Below are positions 1 through 11,164 of a stretch of DNA of 64,000 bases, one piece after another (within the stretch, counting starts at the first letter, position 1; each line of letters begins with the position of its first letter). Both the position numbers and the translations under genes were made by a program. Source of the DNA: an uncultured candidate division Zixibacteria bacterium (GTDB taxonomy: Bacteria > Zixibacteria > MSB-5A5 > UBA10806 > 4484-95); contig CAXXKA010000001.1 of the NCBI GenBank assembly GCA_963668625.2, positions 288,001 to 352,000 of the forward strand. Direction: 5' to 3'. Under the pieces are notes generated by a model, which worked only from the letters and a program-made list of their open reading frames with translations, was not told the DNA's origin and made no database searches.

Positions 1-2
1 AT

Positions 3-2405
3 ATTTACCATTTCGACAGAGTAAATGGAAAAGTCGATTTCGATCTAGAGGCTATAAATTTCCATCCGGGTTTCGCGGCTTACTATAAGCATACCACCGC
101 CAATTTTAGCGGCAGGCTAGAATACCAGGGTGATATCGATTTACTGGGAAAGGCCCGGTTCGATGATCTGGCTGATTTCACCGGTCAAATATTCATTCAG
201 GATTTGGATGGAGTAGGTAACGCGGATTTCGAGGTGACGGGTCCGACTTTAGATTTCACCATCGATGGCGGTTTCTATTCCGACTCATGCCGTTTCTATG
301 GTTTAATGGCTGATTCGTTCGCTTTCGATTTGAATTTGAAATCGTTTATCAGTCATAAGGTGGGGCGAGTCGAGGGGAGATGGTTCGGTGGAGATTTATA
401 TACGATCCCGGTGGATTCCGGTTTCTTCTCGACATCCATATCCGGCGAGAAATATTTCCTCGACAGTATTCGGGTGGAGAACGCCAACAACAAACTCGAT
501 TTCGCCGGTTCGTTCGACAACACGCTTTTACCGCCGTCTCTGGTTATCGATACCCTGAACATGGTATTATGGAAGGATACCGTTTATACGATCACGCCTC
601 TCGTAATTGATGTATACGAGAAAGAAGTCGAGTTCCAGGATTTCAAGCTTTACTCCGAATTAGGATCACTTGATATGATCGGCGTCATAACTTACGACGA
701 GCAAATGGACCTGTACGTGACGACCGAAAATTTACGTATACAAACGATAGCTGCGTATTTCATTGATGATCGTTCGGTCAGCGCCTCGCTTTCGGGAGAT
801 ATCTACGTTAACGGTGATTTCACGAATCCCGTATTCGTCTCCGATATCTGGGTGAGCGATCTTGCGGTTGACAATTACGAGCTGGGGCAGCTTAATGTTC
901 GAGCTAATTACAGCTATGGCAGAATAGAGTTCGTACCTGCCGAGCTTGAAAATCCTCACGGATTGTACACACTAACCGGTACTTTGCCGATAAACCTGTC
1001 TTTCACCTCTGAGGAAGAGCTATTTCCACCCGAGGAGATGGATTTGGAATTTAGAGCCAGCGGTGATGCCGCTACGCTTGTTCCTATAGTCATACCATCG
1101 ATCAGGGAATTCGAGACCGTGTTCGAAATCGATATCGGTGTTAAAGGAACTTTCGATAAGCCCATAGTATCCGGAACGTATCTTCTGAATGAAGGTACTC
1201 TTTACACCATGGAACTGGTTGAGCCGTTGCGTGACGTGGTACTGGGGGGGCGCCTGGAAAACGACAAGATTTATATCGATACCCTGACTGCTTACGCTAC
1301 TCTGACTAAAGATAGTTTTTCCAAAACGATAGACCGCTACTTGAGCGCCGCCAATCTTACCGAGGAATCCAAAGGTCTGATTACCGGTTTCGGAACCGTG
1401 ACTCTTCTGGATTTGAATAACCAGTTGTATGATCTTACTATATCGGGATACAATTGCGAGTTTTATGCGGATGCTTATGATGTGCAATTGCTGACGGATC
1501 TGTTTATCACCGTCAAGGGTAAATCGCCCCCCCTGGTAGAGGGTTGGGCCGAAGTGAAAAGATTCGAGCTAAGAGATAGGTTCTCCAAATTCGCCACGGA
1601 AAGCGCTCCTGATGTCGCGGTTGAGGAGGATTCGACACTATGGGATATCAAGCTCGATATCGCCGCGCCTAATAATATCTGGATAAAGAACGCCGATGCT
1701 TTTATCGAAACCGAAGGCGCCGCCGATATGGAGTTGAGCGGCGAGTTGACTGTGACTCGTGAAAAAGGCATACTCGGCGTATTAGGCGAACTGGATGTTG
1801 AAAGCGAGAGAAGCTATTTCTATCTGGCTAACATGAAATTCAAGATTGAAGAAGGTTCGATGACATTCGATAATCCCGATACTCTCGATCCCCAGGTAAA
1901 CTTGAATGTGACAACGAGGGTTCTAACGCCCAGTCAACAAACAAGCTATACCGATCTCGATCTGGTTATAAGTGGGCGTCTGAGTAACTTGAAAATAGGA
2001 ACCTCAGCCGGCTCGAATTACTCGGATGAAGATATTCTGTTCGTGCTATTGGAAAATATTATTGCCACAGGCGAAGGCAACAATGTATCGGATAACCTTG
2101 CATTCATGGGCGGACGGCTTGTCTCGAGTTCGCTAAGCGATCTTGATATAGTCGATATGGTTGATATAAATATTGATCAATACGATGATGATGCCGGTGA
2201 ATCTAAAAGAGCAACCAGGTTTACTGTCTGGAAATATATATCACCTAAATTGCTGGTGAATTTTTCGACGCGAATGTCTCAGGAGAAACCCGGCCAGACA
2301 GTTGGTTTCGAGTACATACATAGTGATAATATCTCTTTCGAGGGGCGACAGGGCACGGCCGATGAGGGCGTTTCATTCGACTTAAAGCTAAGATATGAAT
2401 ATTAG
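3..2405 (+). CDS. tamB: Translocation/assembly module TamB-like protein (5' truncated by window)
   Basis: Frame open from base 3; beta-rich sequence; C-terminal TamB-like end (KYISPKLLVNFS...FDLKLRYEY); overlaps an Omp85 gene. Confidence 0.8.
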   Translation: MYHFDRVNGKVDFDLEAINFHPGFAAYYKHTTANFSGRLEYQGDIDLLGKARFDDLADFTGQIFIQDLDGVGNADFEVTGPTLDFTIDGGFYSDSCRFYGLMADSFAFDLNLKSFISHKVGRVEGRWFGGDLYTIPVDSGFFSTSISGEKYFLDSIRVENANNKLDFAGSFDNTLLPPSLVIDTLNMVLWKDTVYTITPLVIDVYEKEVEFQDFKLYSELGSLDMIGVITYDEQMDLYVTTENLRIQTIAAYFIDDRSVSASLSGDIYVNGDFTNPVFVSDIWVSDLAVDNYELGQLNVRANYSYGRIEFVPAELENPHGLYTLTGTLPINLSFTSEEELFPPEEMDLEFRASGDAATLVPIVIPSIREFETVFEIDIGVKGTFDKPIVSGTYLLNEGTLYTMELVEPLRDVVLGGRLENDKIYIDTLTAYATLTKDSFSKTIDRYLSAANLTEESKGLITGFGTVTLLDLNNQLYDLTISGYNCEFYADAYDVQLLTDLFITVKGKSPPLVEGWAEVKRFELRDRFSKFATESAPDVAVEEDSTLWDIKLDIAAPNNIWIKNADAFIETEGAADMELSGELTVTREKGILGVLGELDVESERSYFYLANMKFKIEEGSMTFDNPDTLDPQVNLNVTTRVLTPSQQTSYTDLDLVISGRLSNLKIGTSAGSNYSDEDILFVLLENIIATGEGNNVSDNLAFMGGRLVSSSLSDLDIVDMVDINIDQYDDDAGESKRATRFTVWKYISPKLLVNFSTRMSQEKPGQTVGFEYIHSDNISFEGRQGTADEGVSFDLKLRYEY

Positions 2406-4362
2406 ATTACTTGCCGTAACAATCTTCGTTTTATTATTTACGATTACCGGTTTCGGGCAGAATGCCAGACTACGTAAAAAGCGCGTAAACAATATCGAGA
2501 TAAAAGGTAATCGCGTTTTCTCCGAGGGGAAAATTAAAAGCATGCTTTTCACGAAAGAGAAAAAGTGGTATGCTTTCCTCAGTAAAAGAAAATATTCCGA
2601 ATCGGACGTGAAATATGATATAGAAACGATCCGCAAATTTTACGGCAGAAACGGCTATCCGTTTACTCGAGCAACCGGTGTTGCCATGTTGTCCCCGAAG
2701 GATACCTCCAAGGTACAGGTTACATTCACTATCGATGAGGGGAAGAAAGTATATCTCAGCTCAGTTCAAATCAGAGGTGGATTACCCCGGATAAATACTC
2801 AACTCAAGGATTATATCCAGAAAATCAAAACCGGCGAACCGATAAACACGGAACTTATAAAGGCTTCCGTGTATCGGATAAAAAACCTTTACGCCGATAA
2901 CGCCTACCCAATTGCAGATGTAAGCTCCGAATTAGAATATTCCCCGGACTCCTCGTATGTTGATGTTGCATTCCTGATAAACCCGGGCACGTACGTTTTA
3001 AACGGTGATATCGAGATTGCCAGGGAGGGTAGCGATAAATCGAAAGAATTCATACTACGGCGCGAGCTGGTTATCGAAAAAGGTAAACCATATGACAGGC
3101 GTAAAATGATCGAAAGCCAGCAGCGTCTGTACAGTACCGGTTTGCTGCGATTCGTTACTCTTCGGAGAACTCTGGGTTTGAAAGAGATCGAATCCGATAC
3201 CTCGGTAACGGATTTCAGACTTGTCATAAACGAACGTAAACCTCTGTTCATTAACGGCAAAATCGGCGCCGGTCAGGATGACGATTTCGGCGCGGTTTTC
3301 TCGACCTCTGCCAGTGTCGGTCATAGAAATTTGTGGGGAACCGGCAGGAAACTTATTTTAACAGGAAGTATAAGCCTTCAATTTACACAGCGTGGCGAAG
3401 AAAATGTAGATAGTCTCGAGTTTAAAGACCTCTTCTCGAAATCGTTCTGGCGTGATATCAAGTTACAAACCGTAAAAAACGCGGTAGAGCTCGATTATGT
3501 AGAACCCTGGTTTTTGGGCTATCGTATGCCGCTTTCGCTTTCGACGGAATATAAAATACGAAATAAAAATCCACTGATTGGTAAATTCTACGATCAGATA
3601 TCCGGGGAAATGCAGTTATCCCGAGAGTTGAATCTTCATACTAATATCAGTTTCTCGGCCAGGGTTGAGTTTGTCGATATCCACGATATAAAAAGTGATG
3701 AGCAGGAAATATACCGCAAGAATGGTGATAACTCTATAAGACGGAGACTTTCGTTCTATGGCCAGAGAGACACGCGCGATAATCTGCTTGCTCCGCAGAA
3801 AGGCATTTTTTCATACGTGGCACTGGATTATGTCGGCGATGTTTTAGGCGGTGATTTCAGCTATATTAAAGGCGAATTCTATTGGAGCGGTTATAAGAAT
3901 CTCGATGGCAGTAATATATTGGCAATGCGATTCAATACCGGCGTACTCGAGGAGCTTGCCATCGATGGTTCCAGTTCGGATGACAGGTTTACGCTTGGCG
4001 GTGCGAAAACTATTCGCGGATTTGCCGAAAATGATCTGGGCGTAAAATGGGGCTTGCCCGATGTCGACTCTACACAGAGTTTGTACGGTCAGCCTAAAGG
4101 CGGCAAATTGATGATGCTGGCAAACCTCGAACTTCGCCGCACATTATTCTGGCGTTTCGGAGGCACGGCTTTCCTCGATGCCGGAAACGTGTTTTATAAT
4201 GTCAAGGAGTTCAAATTGAATCGAATCGAATTGGTTGGCGGATTAGGCATTCAGTTTTTCACACCGATCGGCCCTATCAGGCTCGACCGGGGCGTACGTA
4301 TCAGAAAACCATTTGACCTGGCTGATGGCGCGACTCATCTGACTATTTTATATGCGTTCTAA
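2395..4362 (+). CDS. BamA/TamA (Omp85) family outer-membrane protein
   Basis: Signal peptide, POTRA-like repeats (IEIKGNRVFSEGKI; LYSTGLL), barrel motifs RFTLGGAKTIRGF and TPIGPIRLD, terminal Phe. Confidence 0.88.
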   Translation: MNIRLLAVTIFVLLFTITGFGQNARLRKKRVNNIEIKGNRVFSEGKIKSMLFTKEKKWYAFLSKRKYSESDVKYDIETIRKFYGRNGYPFTRATGVAMLSPKDTSKVQVTFTIDEGKKVYLSSVQIRGGLPRINTQLKDYIQKIKTGEPINTELIKASVYRIKNLYADNAYPIADVSSELEYSPDSSYVDVAFLINPGTYVLNGDIEIAREGSDKSKEFILRRELVIEKGKPYDRRKMIESQQRLYSTGLLRFVTLRRTLGLKEIESDTSVTDFRLVINERKPLFINGKIGAGQDDDFGAVFSTSASVGHRNLWGTGRKLILTGSISLQFTQRGEENVDSLEFKDLFSKSFWRDIKLQTVKNAVELDYVEPWFLGYRMPLSLSTEYKIRNKNPLIGKFYDQISGEMQLSRELNLHTNISFSARVEFVDIHDIKSDEQEIYRKNGDNSIRRRLSFYGQRDTRDNLLAPQKGIFSYVALDYVGDVLGGDFSYIKGEFYWSGYKNLDGSNILAMRFNTGVLEELAIDGSSSDDRFTLGGAKTIRGFAENDLGVKWGLPDVDSTQSLYGQPKGGKLMMLANLELRRTLFWRFGGTAFLDAGNVFYNVKEFKLNRIELVGGLGIQFFTPIGPIRLDRGVRIRKPFDLADGATHLTILYAF

Positions 4363-5110
4363 AAAAGCAATAATAGGCATAACTTTAAGCCAGGCCAACG
4401 ATGTGAAAAAATACCGCTGGCCCTCGGTATGGGCGATGGATTATGTCGATAAGGGTTATCATTATGGTGTGGAGAAAGCCGGCGCTATACCTATTGGGCT
4501 GCACAATACCGCTTCCATCGAGATGTTAGAGGAGTATCTTGACATGGTGGATGGTATCGTATTCACCGGCGGTACCGATGTTAACTCGAATTATTTCAAT
4601 CAGCCTCGCAATAAAACATGTTCGAGATTCGTCGAACCCCGCGACCGGTTCGAGATAGAACTGGCCAAACTGGCGGTAAAACGCAAAATCCCCTTGTATT
4701 GCATTTGCCGGGGACATCAGGTACTTAATATCGCGATGAGGGGAACCCTGTATCAGGATGTAGGTTTGTTGGATGGCGAGGTGTTAAGGCATCCCGATAT
4801 ACGAGAGGGACTCGATTCGTTTCATTTTATCTCGATCGGAAAAGATACGCTCCTTTATGATATAATCAGATCTCGACGTATAAAAGTTAACTCGGCTCAT
4901 CACCAGGTTGTAGATAGATTAGGCGAGGGGCTGACTGTCGCGGCCAGGTCATCCGATGGCGTTATCGAGGCTCTCGACATGGCTGATCATCCGTTTATTC
5001 TCAGCGCTCAATGGCATCCCGAGAGAATGCAGGATAAGGATCACGCGCGAAGGATGTTTAGCGCTTTCGTGGATTCCGCAATGAAATACAAGCGTGGAAC
5101 ACTTCGCTAA
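4352..5110 (+). CDS. Class I glutamine amidotransferase, peptidase C26 (PuuD-like)
   Basis: FTGGTDV, ICRGHQ nucleophile, VNSAHHQ, QWHPE. Confidence 0.88.
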   Translation: MRSKKAIIGITLSQANDVKKYRWPSVWAMDYVDKGYHYGVEKAGAIPIGLHNTASIEMLEEYLDMVDGIVFTGGTDVNSNYFNQPRNKTCSRFVEPRDRFEIELAKLAVKRKIPLYCICRGHQVLNIAMRGTLYQDVGLLDGEVLRHPDIREGLDSFHFISIGKDTLLYDIIRSRRIKVNSAHHQVVDRLGEGLTVAARSSDGVIEALDMADHPFILSAQWHPERMQDKDHARRMFSAFVDSAMKYKRGTLR

Positions 5111-5156
5111 ATAAACATGTTAATTGTGTGATGGCAGAATTTATAGGCGGGTAACA

Positions 5157-6221
5157 ATGAAGTCTGTAATCGTAGCAATGTCCGGCGGCGTGGATTCCTC
5201 CGTAGCGGCGCTGTTGCTTCAAAAGGAAGGTTATAAAATAACGGGTATTACTTTCCGCAATTTCAAGGAAAGTGATTATATGGCCGATTGGTCTCCGAAA
5301 AACTGTTGTTCGCTGGAGCATTTCAACAACGCTTACGATATTTGCGAATCGATAAATGCGCCTCATTACCTGATAAACAGTGTCGAGCCTTTCCAGCAGG
5401 AAGTTATCGACAATTTCAAGCGATCGTACCTGGCTGGTGTCACGCCCAACCCCTGTATAAGGTGTAACAGTCTCGTGCGCTGGCCCAAATTGATGAGATT
5501 CGCCGAGGAAATGAACGCCGACTTTATCGCTACCGGCCATTACGCCCGGCTAATTAAACGAGAAGATCGCATACTCATACGCAAAGCCGAATACGATAAT
5601 AAAGATCAAACATATGCTTTGTGGGGAATCAATCCCGATTATCTGAAACGTACCATATTCCCGGTGGGAGAGTACACCAAGCAGGAGATACGAGATATCG
5701 CTCGCGAGCATGATCTCCCCAGTTTCAACCTGCCCGAAAGTCAGGATATATGTTTCGTGCCCGATGGTAAGTACACCGATTTATTCGAAAGCGGCGAGCC
5801 GGGAGATATCGTAAACACACGGGGAGAGGTATTGGGGAGGCATCACGGCCTGCAAGCCTATACCATAGGCCAGAGGCGAGGCCTGGGTATATCCAATCCT
5901 GAGCCGTTATACGTAATAAGCGTGGATCGCGATTCTAACAAGCTGATAGTCGGCACGGGCGAGATGATATTCAAATCGAGGTTTACTGTAAAAGACACTA
6001 ACTGGTTTATCGGTATACCGCCGGGACAAACGCTCGATTGCCTGGCGAAAATAAGGTACCGCCATCAACCGGCGGCTTGTAGTGTACGTATCGAATCGGG
6101 GAATTCTGCCGAGGTAATATTCGATGAACCGCAAAGGGCGATTACTCCCGGACAGTCCTCGGTGTTTTATAACGGGGATATGATGCTGGGTGGCGGCGTT
6201 ATCGAAACTGTTATGGATTGA
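5157..6221 (+). CDS. mnmA: tRNA 2-thiouridylase MnmA
   Basis: AMSGGVDSS, TPNPCIRCN, ATGHYA, ESQDICF, YTIGQRRGL, AITPGQ; start set at ATG 5157. Confidence 0.97.
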   Translation: MKSVIVAMSGGVDSSVAALLLQKEGYKITGITFRNFKESDYMADWSPKNCCSLEHFNNAYDICESINAPHYLINSVEPFQQEVIDNFKRSYLAGVTPNPCIRCNSLVRWPKLMRFAEEMNADFIATGHYARLIKREDRILIRKAEYDNKDQTYALWGINPDYLKRTIFPVGEYTKQEIRDIAREHDLPSFNLPESQDICFVPDGKYTDLFESGEPGDIVNTRGEVLGRHHGLQAYTIGQRRGLGISNPEPLYVISVDRDSNKLIVGTGEMIFKSRFTVKDTNWFIGIPPGQTLDCLAKIRYRHQPAACSVRIESGNSAEVIFDEPQRAITPGQSSVFYNGDMMLGGGVIETVMD

Positions 6222-6254
6222 GAATAGTTTAGTGGATATAGAAATGGAGGGTAC

Positions 6255-6941
6255 ATGCTAAACCTGTCATTCTTGGGGCATTCATGTTTCCTGCTCGAAT
6301 CAAACAACCAGAAAGTTATCATCGACCCGTTTATTAGCGGTAACCCGTTGGCTAAAGTTAGCGTGAATGACGTAAAAACCGATTTCATCCTGCTGACCCA
6401 CGGCCATGGAGATCATCTGGGGGACGCTTTGGAACTGGCGAAAAGCAACGAGGCTATGATAATCTCGAACTACGAAATAGCCACTTACTGCGCCAGAAAC
6501 GGCGTGGAGAAAACCGCCGGCTTGCATATCGGCGGCGGTTCTGATTTCTCTTTCGGCTCCTTAAAATTGACCATCGCGCATCACGGCTCCACGCTGGGGG
6601 ATAGCATGGTTTACGGCGGCAATCCGGTGGGCTTCATAATCCGCATGGACGGCAAGACTATATACCACGCCGGCGATACCGGCTTATTCCTGGATATGAA
6701 ATTAATCGGTGAACTAGATAACATAGATGTTGCCCTGCTGCCTATCGGAGGTTATTTCACTATGGATATCAACGATGCGGCAAAGGCGGTCGAATTCCTT
6801 AAACCCAAAAAAGTAATACCCATGCATTACGACACTTTCGATCCGATCAAAGCCGATCCGAAAAAGTTCGCCGAGAAAGCCAGAGAGCTCGGCACGGAAT
6901 GTATAATACTCGAACCGGGACATTCATACGGTCTTGAATAA
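6255..6941 (+). CDS. Metal-dependent hydrolase, MBL fold (UPF0173)
   Basis: THGHGDH, YHAGDT, LPIGG, IPMHYDTF; GGAGG RBS. Confidence 0.92.
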   Translation: MLNLSFLGHSCFLLESNNQKVIIDPFISGNPLAKVSVNDVKTDFILLTHGHGDHLGDALELAKSNEAMIISNYEIATYCARNGVEKTAGLHIGGGSDFSFGSLKLTIAHHGSTLGDSMVYGGNPVGFIIRMDGKTIYHAGDTGLFLDMKLIGELDNIDVALLPIGGYFTMDINDAAKAVEFLKPKKVIPMHYDTFDPIKADPKKFAEKARELGTECIILEPGHSYGLE

Positions 6942-7857
6942 GATTAACGATATTTTATCACTCGCGTTTAATCGCTTATTCGTTACGCTGATACTGATTT
7001 CGGTGTTTTCCTGCGGCTCGGTGGCGGCTACCTATATAATAGAGGCGCCAGGCAATCAGGAATCTCATATCAATAACACGCTGAATGAATATGAGGACAA
7101 GATCGAGGAGCTTTTAGGCATAATTTATGATGATACCGTTCGGGTGGTCGTGGCTGCCGATATGGTATCTTTCAGCAAGGCGCTCGGCTCGGAATTCCCC
7201 GACTGGGGTGCGGCGGCGGCTATTAAAGCCAGAAAGCTGATCGTCATTAAATCACCCTCGCATTTCAGGGTAGGTAAAAGTCTGGAGGAGTTGCTGGGAC
7301 ATGAACTGGGGCATATTATTCTGGATGACGCCTCCGGCGGGCGATGGTTGCCGCGATGGTTCGAGGAGGGGTTTTGCCAGATAGTATCCGGCGAGTGGCG
7401 TATCAACCAGGATTTACTGATAACGCGCGCCGTCTGGGGATCGGGGCTGATTCCGTTAACCGCCCTGGAGGGTGTAAACCGTTTCGGTGGCGCTAAAGCC
7501 TCGCTGGCATACTCGCAATCGTACCTGGCGATTAGCTCGTTGGTGAAAGAATTCGGAACACGTTTCTTTCACGATTTCTTCGAATATTACCGCGATTCGG
7601 GCAATTTCTATGAATCGTTTTTCAAATCGACCGGATACGAATATACCGAATGGCTGGGAATCTGGCAGAGTAAAACTGTCGAACGATATCGGTTCGTACT
7701 TTACGTGTTCGATCCGCAAGTATTATTTCCCTTGATTGCCGTATTATTTATTATATTATATTTGATTAAGAGATATATAACCCGACGGAAACTCAGACAA
7801 TGGCAGATAGAGGAGAGGATAAGAGGGGATGAGCAAGGCTATTCAGCATGGGATTGA
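6934..7857 (+). CDS. Peptidase MA-like zinc metallohydrolase, membrane anchored
   Basis: HELGH followed by PRWFEEG; N-terminal hydrophobic segment and C-terminal TM helix. Confidence 0.78.
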   Translation: MNKINDILSLAFNRLFVTLILISVFSCGSVAATYIIEAPGNQESHINNTLNEYEDKIEELLGIIYDDTVRVVVAADMVSFSKALGSEFPDWGAAAAIKARKLIVIKSPSHFRVGKSLEELLGHELGHIILDDASGGRWLPRWFEEGFCQIVSGEWRINQDLLITRAVWGSGLIPLTALEGVNRFGGAKASLAYSQSYLAISSLVKEFGTRFFHDFFEYYRDSGNFYESFFKSTGYEYTEWLGIWQSKTVERYRFVLYVFDPQVLFPLIAVLFIILYLIKRYITRRKLRQWQIEERIRGDEQGYSAWD

Positions 7858-8737
7858 ATATTTTTTCGTAAAACTCCTGGTAGTGATTCTTAATATCCTG
7901 CCATTAAGCATATCTATTCGTTTCGGTGATCTGATCGCTTTTATCGCCTATCGTGTTTTGGGAATTAGAAAGCAGGTAACGTTAACGAACCTGAAAAGGA
8001 CTTTCGGGGATAAATACACCGATGCCGAATACGATAAAATCGGATATCGTTCATACGTTCAGTTTGCCCGCTCGATGGTGGAATTCGGTTTGTATCCCAA
8101 ATTAAAAAGAATCGGGTTGGAGAAATATGCTACTCTGGCAAATCCCGAGGTCGTGGATGAACATCTGAAAACAGGCAAAGGCGCCATATTAATCGGCGGT
8201 CATTTCGGCAATCTCGAATTGGTGGGCGCCGCTCTTACCATGAAAAAATGGCCGGTGGATTTTCTGGTAGGCAAGCAAAGCAACAAGCTTGTCAACGCCT
8301 TATTGAATAAGCATCGAGCCATGTTCGGTGTCGGTATTATCGAAATCGGTGTCTCGGCGCGCGAGGTAATCCGGGTGCTTCGCAAGGGCAGATGGATTGC
8401 CTTTCTCTCCGATCAGGATGCCCGCCGCGATGGCACGATAGTCAATTTTCTCGGCAGACCGGCCTCGACACCCAAAGGCGCAGCCGCCTTTTCGATAATA
8501 TGCAAATGCCCGATTTACGTGGGAGCATTCGTGAGAACCGGCTTGAATCATCATACCCTGTATTTCAAGGGACCGTTCTCCATCGAAAAATCCGGTGATA
8601 AGGATAAAGACATACAACGTTTAACCCAGATATATACGGATGCCCTGGCCGAGTTTATTTACGAGCACCCCGATCATTATTTCTGGATGCATAAACGCTG
8701 GAAAACGACTTGTCCCGAGGATTATAAAAAGAAATGA
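7829..8737 (+). CDS. Lipid A biosynthesis acyltransferase (LpxL/HtrB family)
   Basis: GHFGNLE, LSDQD, FLGRPASTP, YFWMHKRWK. Confidence 0.88.
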   Translation: MSKAIQHGIEYFFVKLLVVILNILPLSISIRFGDLIAFIAYRVLGIRKQVTLTNLKRTFGDKYTDAEYDKIGYRSYVQFARSMVEFGLYPKLKRIGLEKYATLANPEVVDEHLKTGKGAILIGGHFGNLELVGAALTMKKWPVDFLVGKQSNKLVNALLNKHRAMFGVGIIEIGVSAREVIRVLRKGRWIAFLSDQDARRDGTIVNFLGRPASTPKGAAAFSIICKCPIYVGAFVRTGLNHHTLYFKGPFSIEKSGDKDKDIQRLTQIYTDALAEFIYEHPDHYFWMHKRWKTTCPEDYKKK

Positions 8738-8804
8738 GGCTGCCTATTTAAAATGTGCTACAATAACCGTTTTGGTCACACTTAATCTTTCTTGATATCG
8801 TATC

Positions 8805-11144
8805 ATGAACAAAAATTACGGCTTGTTTGACGGTAGGCCGGCTTTATCATCATTAATAGTATATACTCTTGGCATTTTGATAGCCGGTTACTTGCCCTTT
8901 CATTCGACTATATATATGGCAGTCACATTATCAATTGCTATTGCTGCGCTTGTTTATCATTTAAAAAATTATTCTAAATTCTCAACCGTACTGCTTTATT
9001 TTAGCCTGATATTTGCCGGTATCACGGCTTATCAAATATCGGTTTCAGATTTCCCACCGACTCATATCAAAAATATCGTTGAAAAAGCATCGACTGTAAC
9101 TATTATTGGCGAAATCGTAGCCGAGCCGGATATCCGCTCGGATAGAACGTATATGATAATCGAGGTCGATTCGCTGATCTGGCGTAAACGTAAGTTCAAA
9201 TCTTGCGGAAATATCATGCTCAAGATTAATCATCAATCGAAAAGCTACTTGTTCAAAGATCGTCTGCGTTTTAATGGCTACCTGTTTAAACCCGGCGGCG
9301 CTCATATCCCGGGTGGATTCGATTACGAGCGTTGGTTAAGACATAAAGGCGTATTCGGCATGATGGTATTAAATGATACCTCCGTGATTCGAATACTACC
9401 CGGGCAACCGCAGCGATGGTACGAATATCTCATGTTCTGGAATCTGGAGAGGGTGTTCATTAACAAACTGGTTTCTCCTCTAAGAGAGATTTTGCTTGCC
9501 GGTTACGAACTATACCTTCCTGAAAACCAGGCTTCGCTTCTGGCCGGTTTCGTGCTGGGCGAGAAACGCGATATGCCCGATGATATCGTCAGCCTGTTCA
9601 GAGATACCGGAACGCTTCACCTGATGGCGGTGTCCGGCTCCAATGTCGCTATCATAGTGATGTTTTTCCTGGCAATAACTTACCCTCTAAAAAGACGTAT
9701 CAGGATAATTATTACGCTAATAGCTGTCGTATTTTTCTGCTTTTTAACCCGTAACGAGCCCTCAGTGGTTCGGGCTTCGGTTATGGCCTCTATTGGCTTG
9801 ATTGGCTACTATCGAAAGCCTGATCCCGATATTATCGGACTGTTAGCCTTTTCCGGTTTGATATTGCTGATTACCAGCCCGCTCTGGATTTTCAGTATTG
9901 GCTTTCAGCTTTCATTTGCCGCTTGCGGCGGTATTGTTTACCTGATGCCGAAAGTCATAGCCTTATTTACGAGGAAAAAAGGGCTGTGGGCTCGGGCTAT
10001 CGACTATATCCTGTTTACCTTCTTCACCACACTCTCCGCCCAGATAGCCGTTTTGCCGCTTACGGCGCAATATTTCAACCGAATACCAATCGTGGGAGTT
10101 ATTGCCAATATCCCGATGGTATTGCTGGCCTCGATATTGACGATTGCCGGAATCTGTTTTTTGCCGTTTATCCTGATGGGTGATTTTTTTACCTCGGTAT
10201 ATGTCTGGCCGCTTTCCAAGCTAATCTCTATCATTTTGCCGCTATTAGGATTTTTCGTGGATTTGCCTTATTCCGTTGTTGACGTTAGTTCACCGGGGTG
10301 GGGCACGATAATACTGTTTTATACCGGATTATACTTGATTGTCGAGCTTTCTTTTCACCGGCGTCTCAGCTTGAAAGCCTCAATTATAACCTTAAGCGCT
10401 ATCTCTATAGTGATATGGATAAGCTACTTATATAATCCGTTAGAGGATAGTATAACATTTGTTGACTGTGGCGATGATCGGGCGGTATTATTTTGTACAT
10501 CCTCCGGAGAAAGATATCTCTGGTATGATATTTACAATAACGATGATATAGACCATTTAGAGAACAGTTTAAAACCGTTTCTTTTTAAAACCGGCATTCG
10601 TAAAATAGATACGTTATTTACTAATAATAAAAACGATCTGAGTATATTAACCGAAAGTATAAATGTTGGGGATATAATCGAACATGAGTCGCTGATTGTA
10701 GATACCTCTATCTTGGATATTGTGTTTCCCCAATATACATCGGCGGAATCTATTTTAAATAAGAAGGTTAAACTTGTTACAGTTGAAACCGATAATAATA
10801 GCGAAACAGTAACAGATGGGTATTACTACAAGCTGTCAACATCAGGAGGGGAGTGCATTTTAGCGGGGTCCGTAAATCCTCGGTATGCCGGAGATATTGA
10901 CCATAAGGCAAAGGTTATGGAATTACCTTGGAGCGTACAGCCTTATGGCACGGTTTATAAATCGATATTGCGGAATGCACCTGATATGCTTGTCTTCAGC
11001 CCGGATAGGAATACGGAGTCATCGGTAGGGACGAAGGATAAACTGACTTATTACGACGACAGAACCTGGTCGGTGAAATTTAACGGTAGTTTTCGGATCA
11101 GGTTTAGTGATAAAATGCATGTAGACTTCATGCTTAAACCATGA
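8805..11144 (+). CDS. comEC: ComEC/Rec2 competence DNA-uptake membrane protein
   Basis: PGGFDYERWL, GTLHLMAVSGSNV, PSVVRASVM, GFQLSFAA; many TM segments; degenerate C-terminal MBL-like region. Confidence 0.9.
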   Translation: MNKNYGLFDGRPALSSLIVYTLGILIAGYLPFHSTIYMAVTLSIAIAALVYHLKNYSKFSTVLLYFSLIFAGITAYQISVSDFPPTHIKNIVEKASTVTIIGEIVAEPDIRSDRTYMIIEVDSLIWRKRKFKSCGNIMLKINHQSKSYLFKDRLRFNGYLFKPGGAHIPGGFDYERWLRHKGVFGMMVLNDTSVIRILPGQPQRWYEYLMFWNLERVFINKLVSPLREILLAGYELYLPENQASLLAGFVLGEKRDMPDDIVSLFRDTGTLHLMAVSGSNVAIIVMFFLAITYPLKRRIRIIITLIAVVFFCFLTRNEPSVVRASVMASIGLIGYYRKPDPDIIGLLAFSGLILLITSPLWIFSIGFQLSFAACGGIVYLMPKVIALFTRKKGLWARAIDYILFTFFTTLSAQIAVLPLTAQYFNRIPIVGVIANIPMVLLASILTIAGICFLPFILMGDFFTSVYVWPLSKLISIILPLLGFFVDLPYSVVDVSSPGWGTIILFYTGLYLIVELSFHRRLSLKASIITLSAISIVIWISYLYNPLEDSITFVDCGDDRAVLFCTSSGERYLWYDIYNNDDIDHLENSLKPFLFKTGIRKIDTLFTNNKNDLSILTESINVGDIIEHESLIVDTSILDIVFPQYTSAESILNKKVKLVTVETDNNSETVTDGYYYKLSTSGGECILAGSVNPRYAGDIDHKAKVMELPWSVQPYGTVYKSILRNAPDMLVFSPDRNTESSVGTKDKLTYYDDRTWSVKFNGSFRIRFSDKMHVDFMLKP

Positions 11145-11164
11145 TGTAAAGGCGGCCAGTACTT

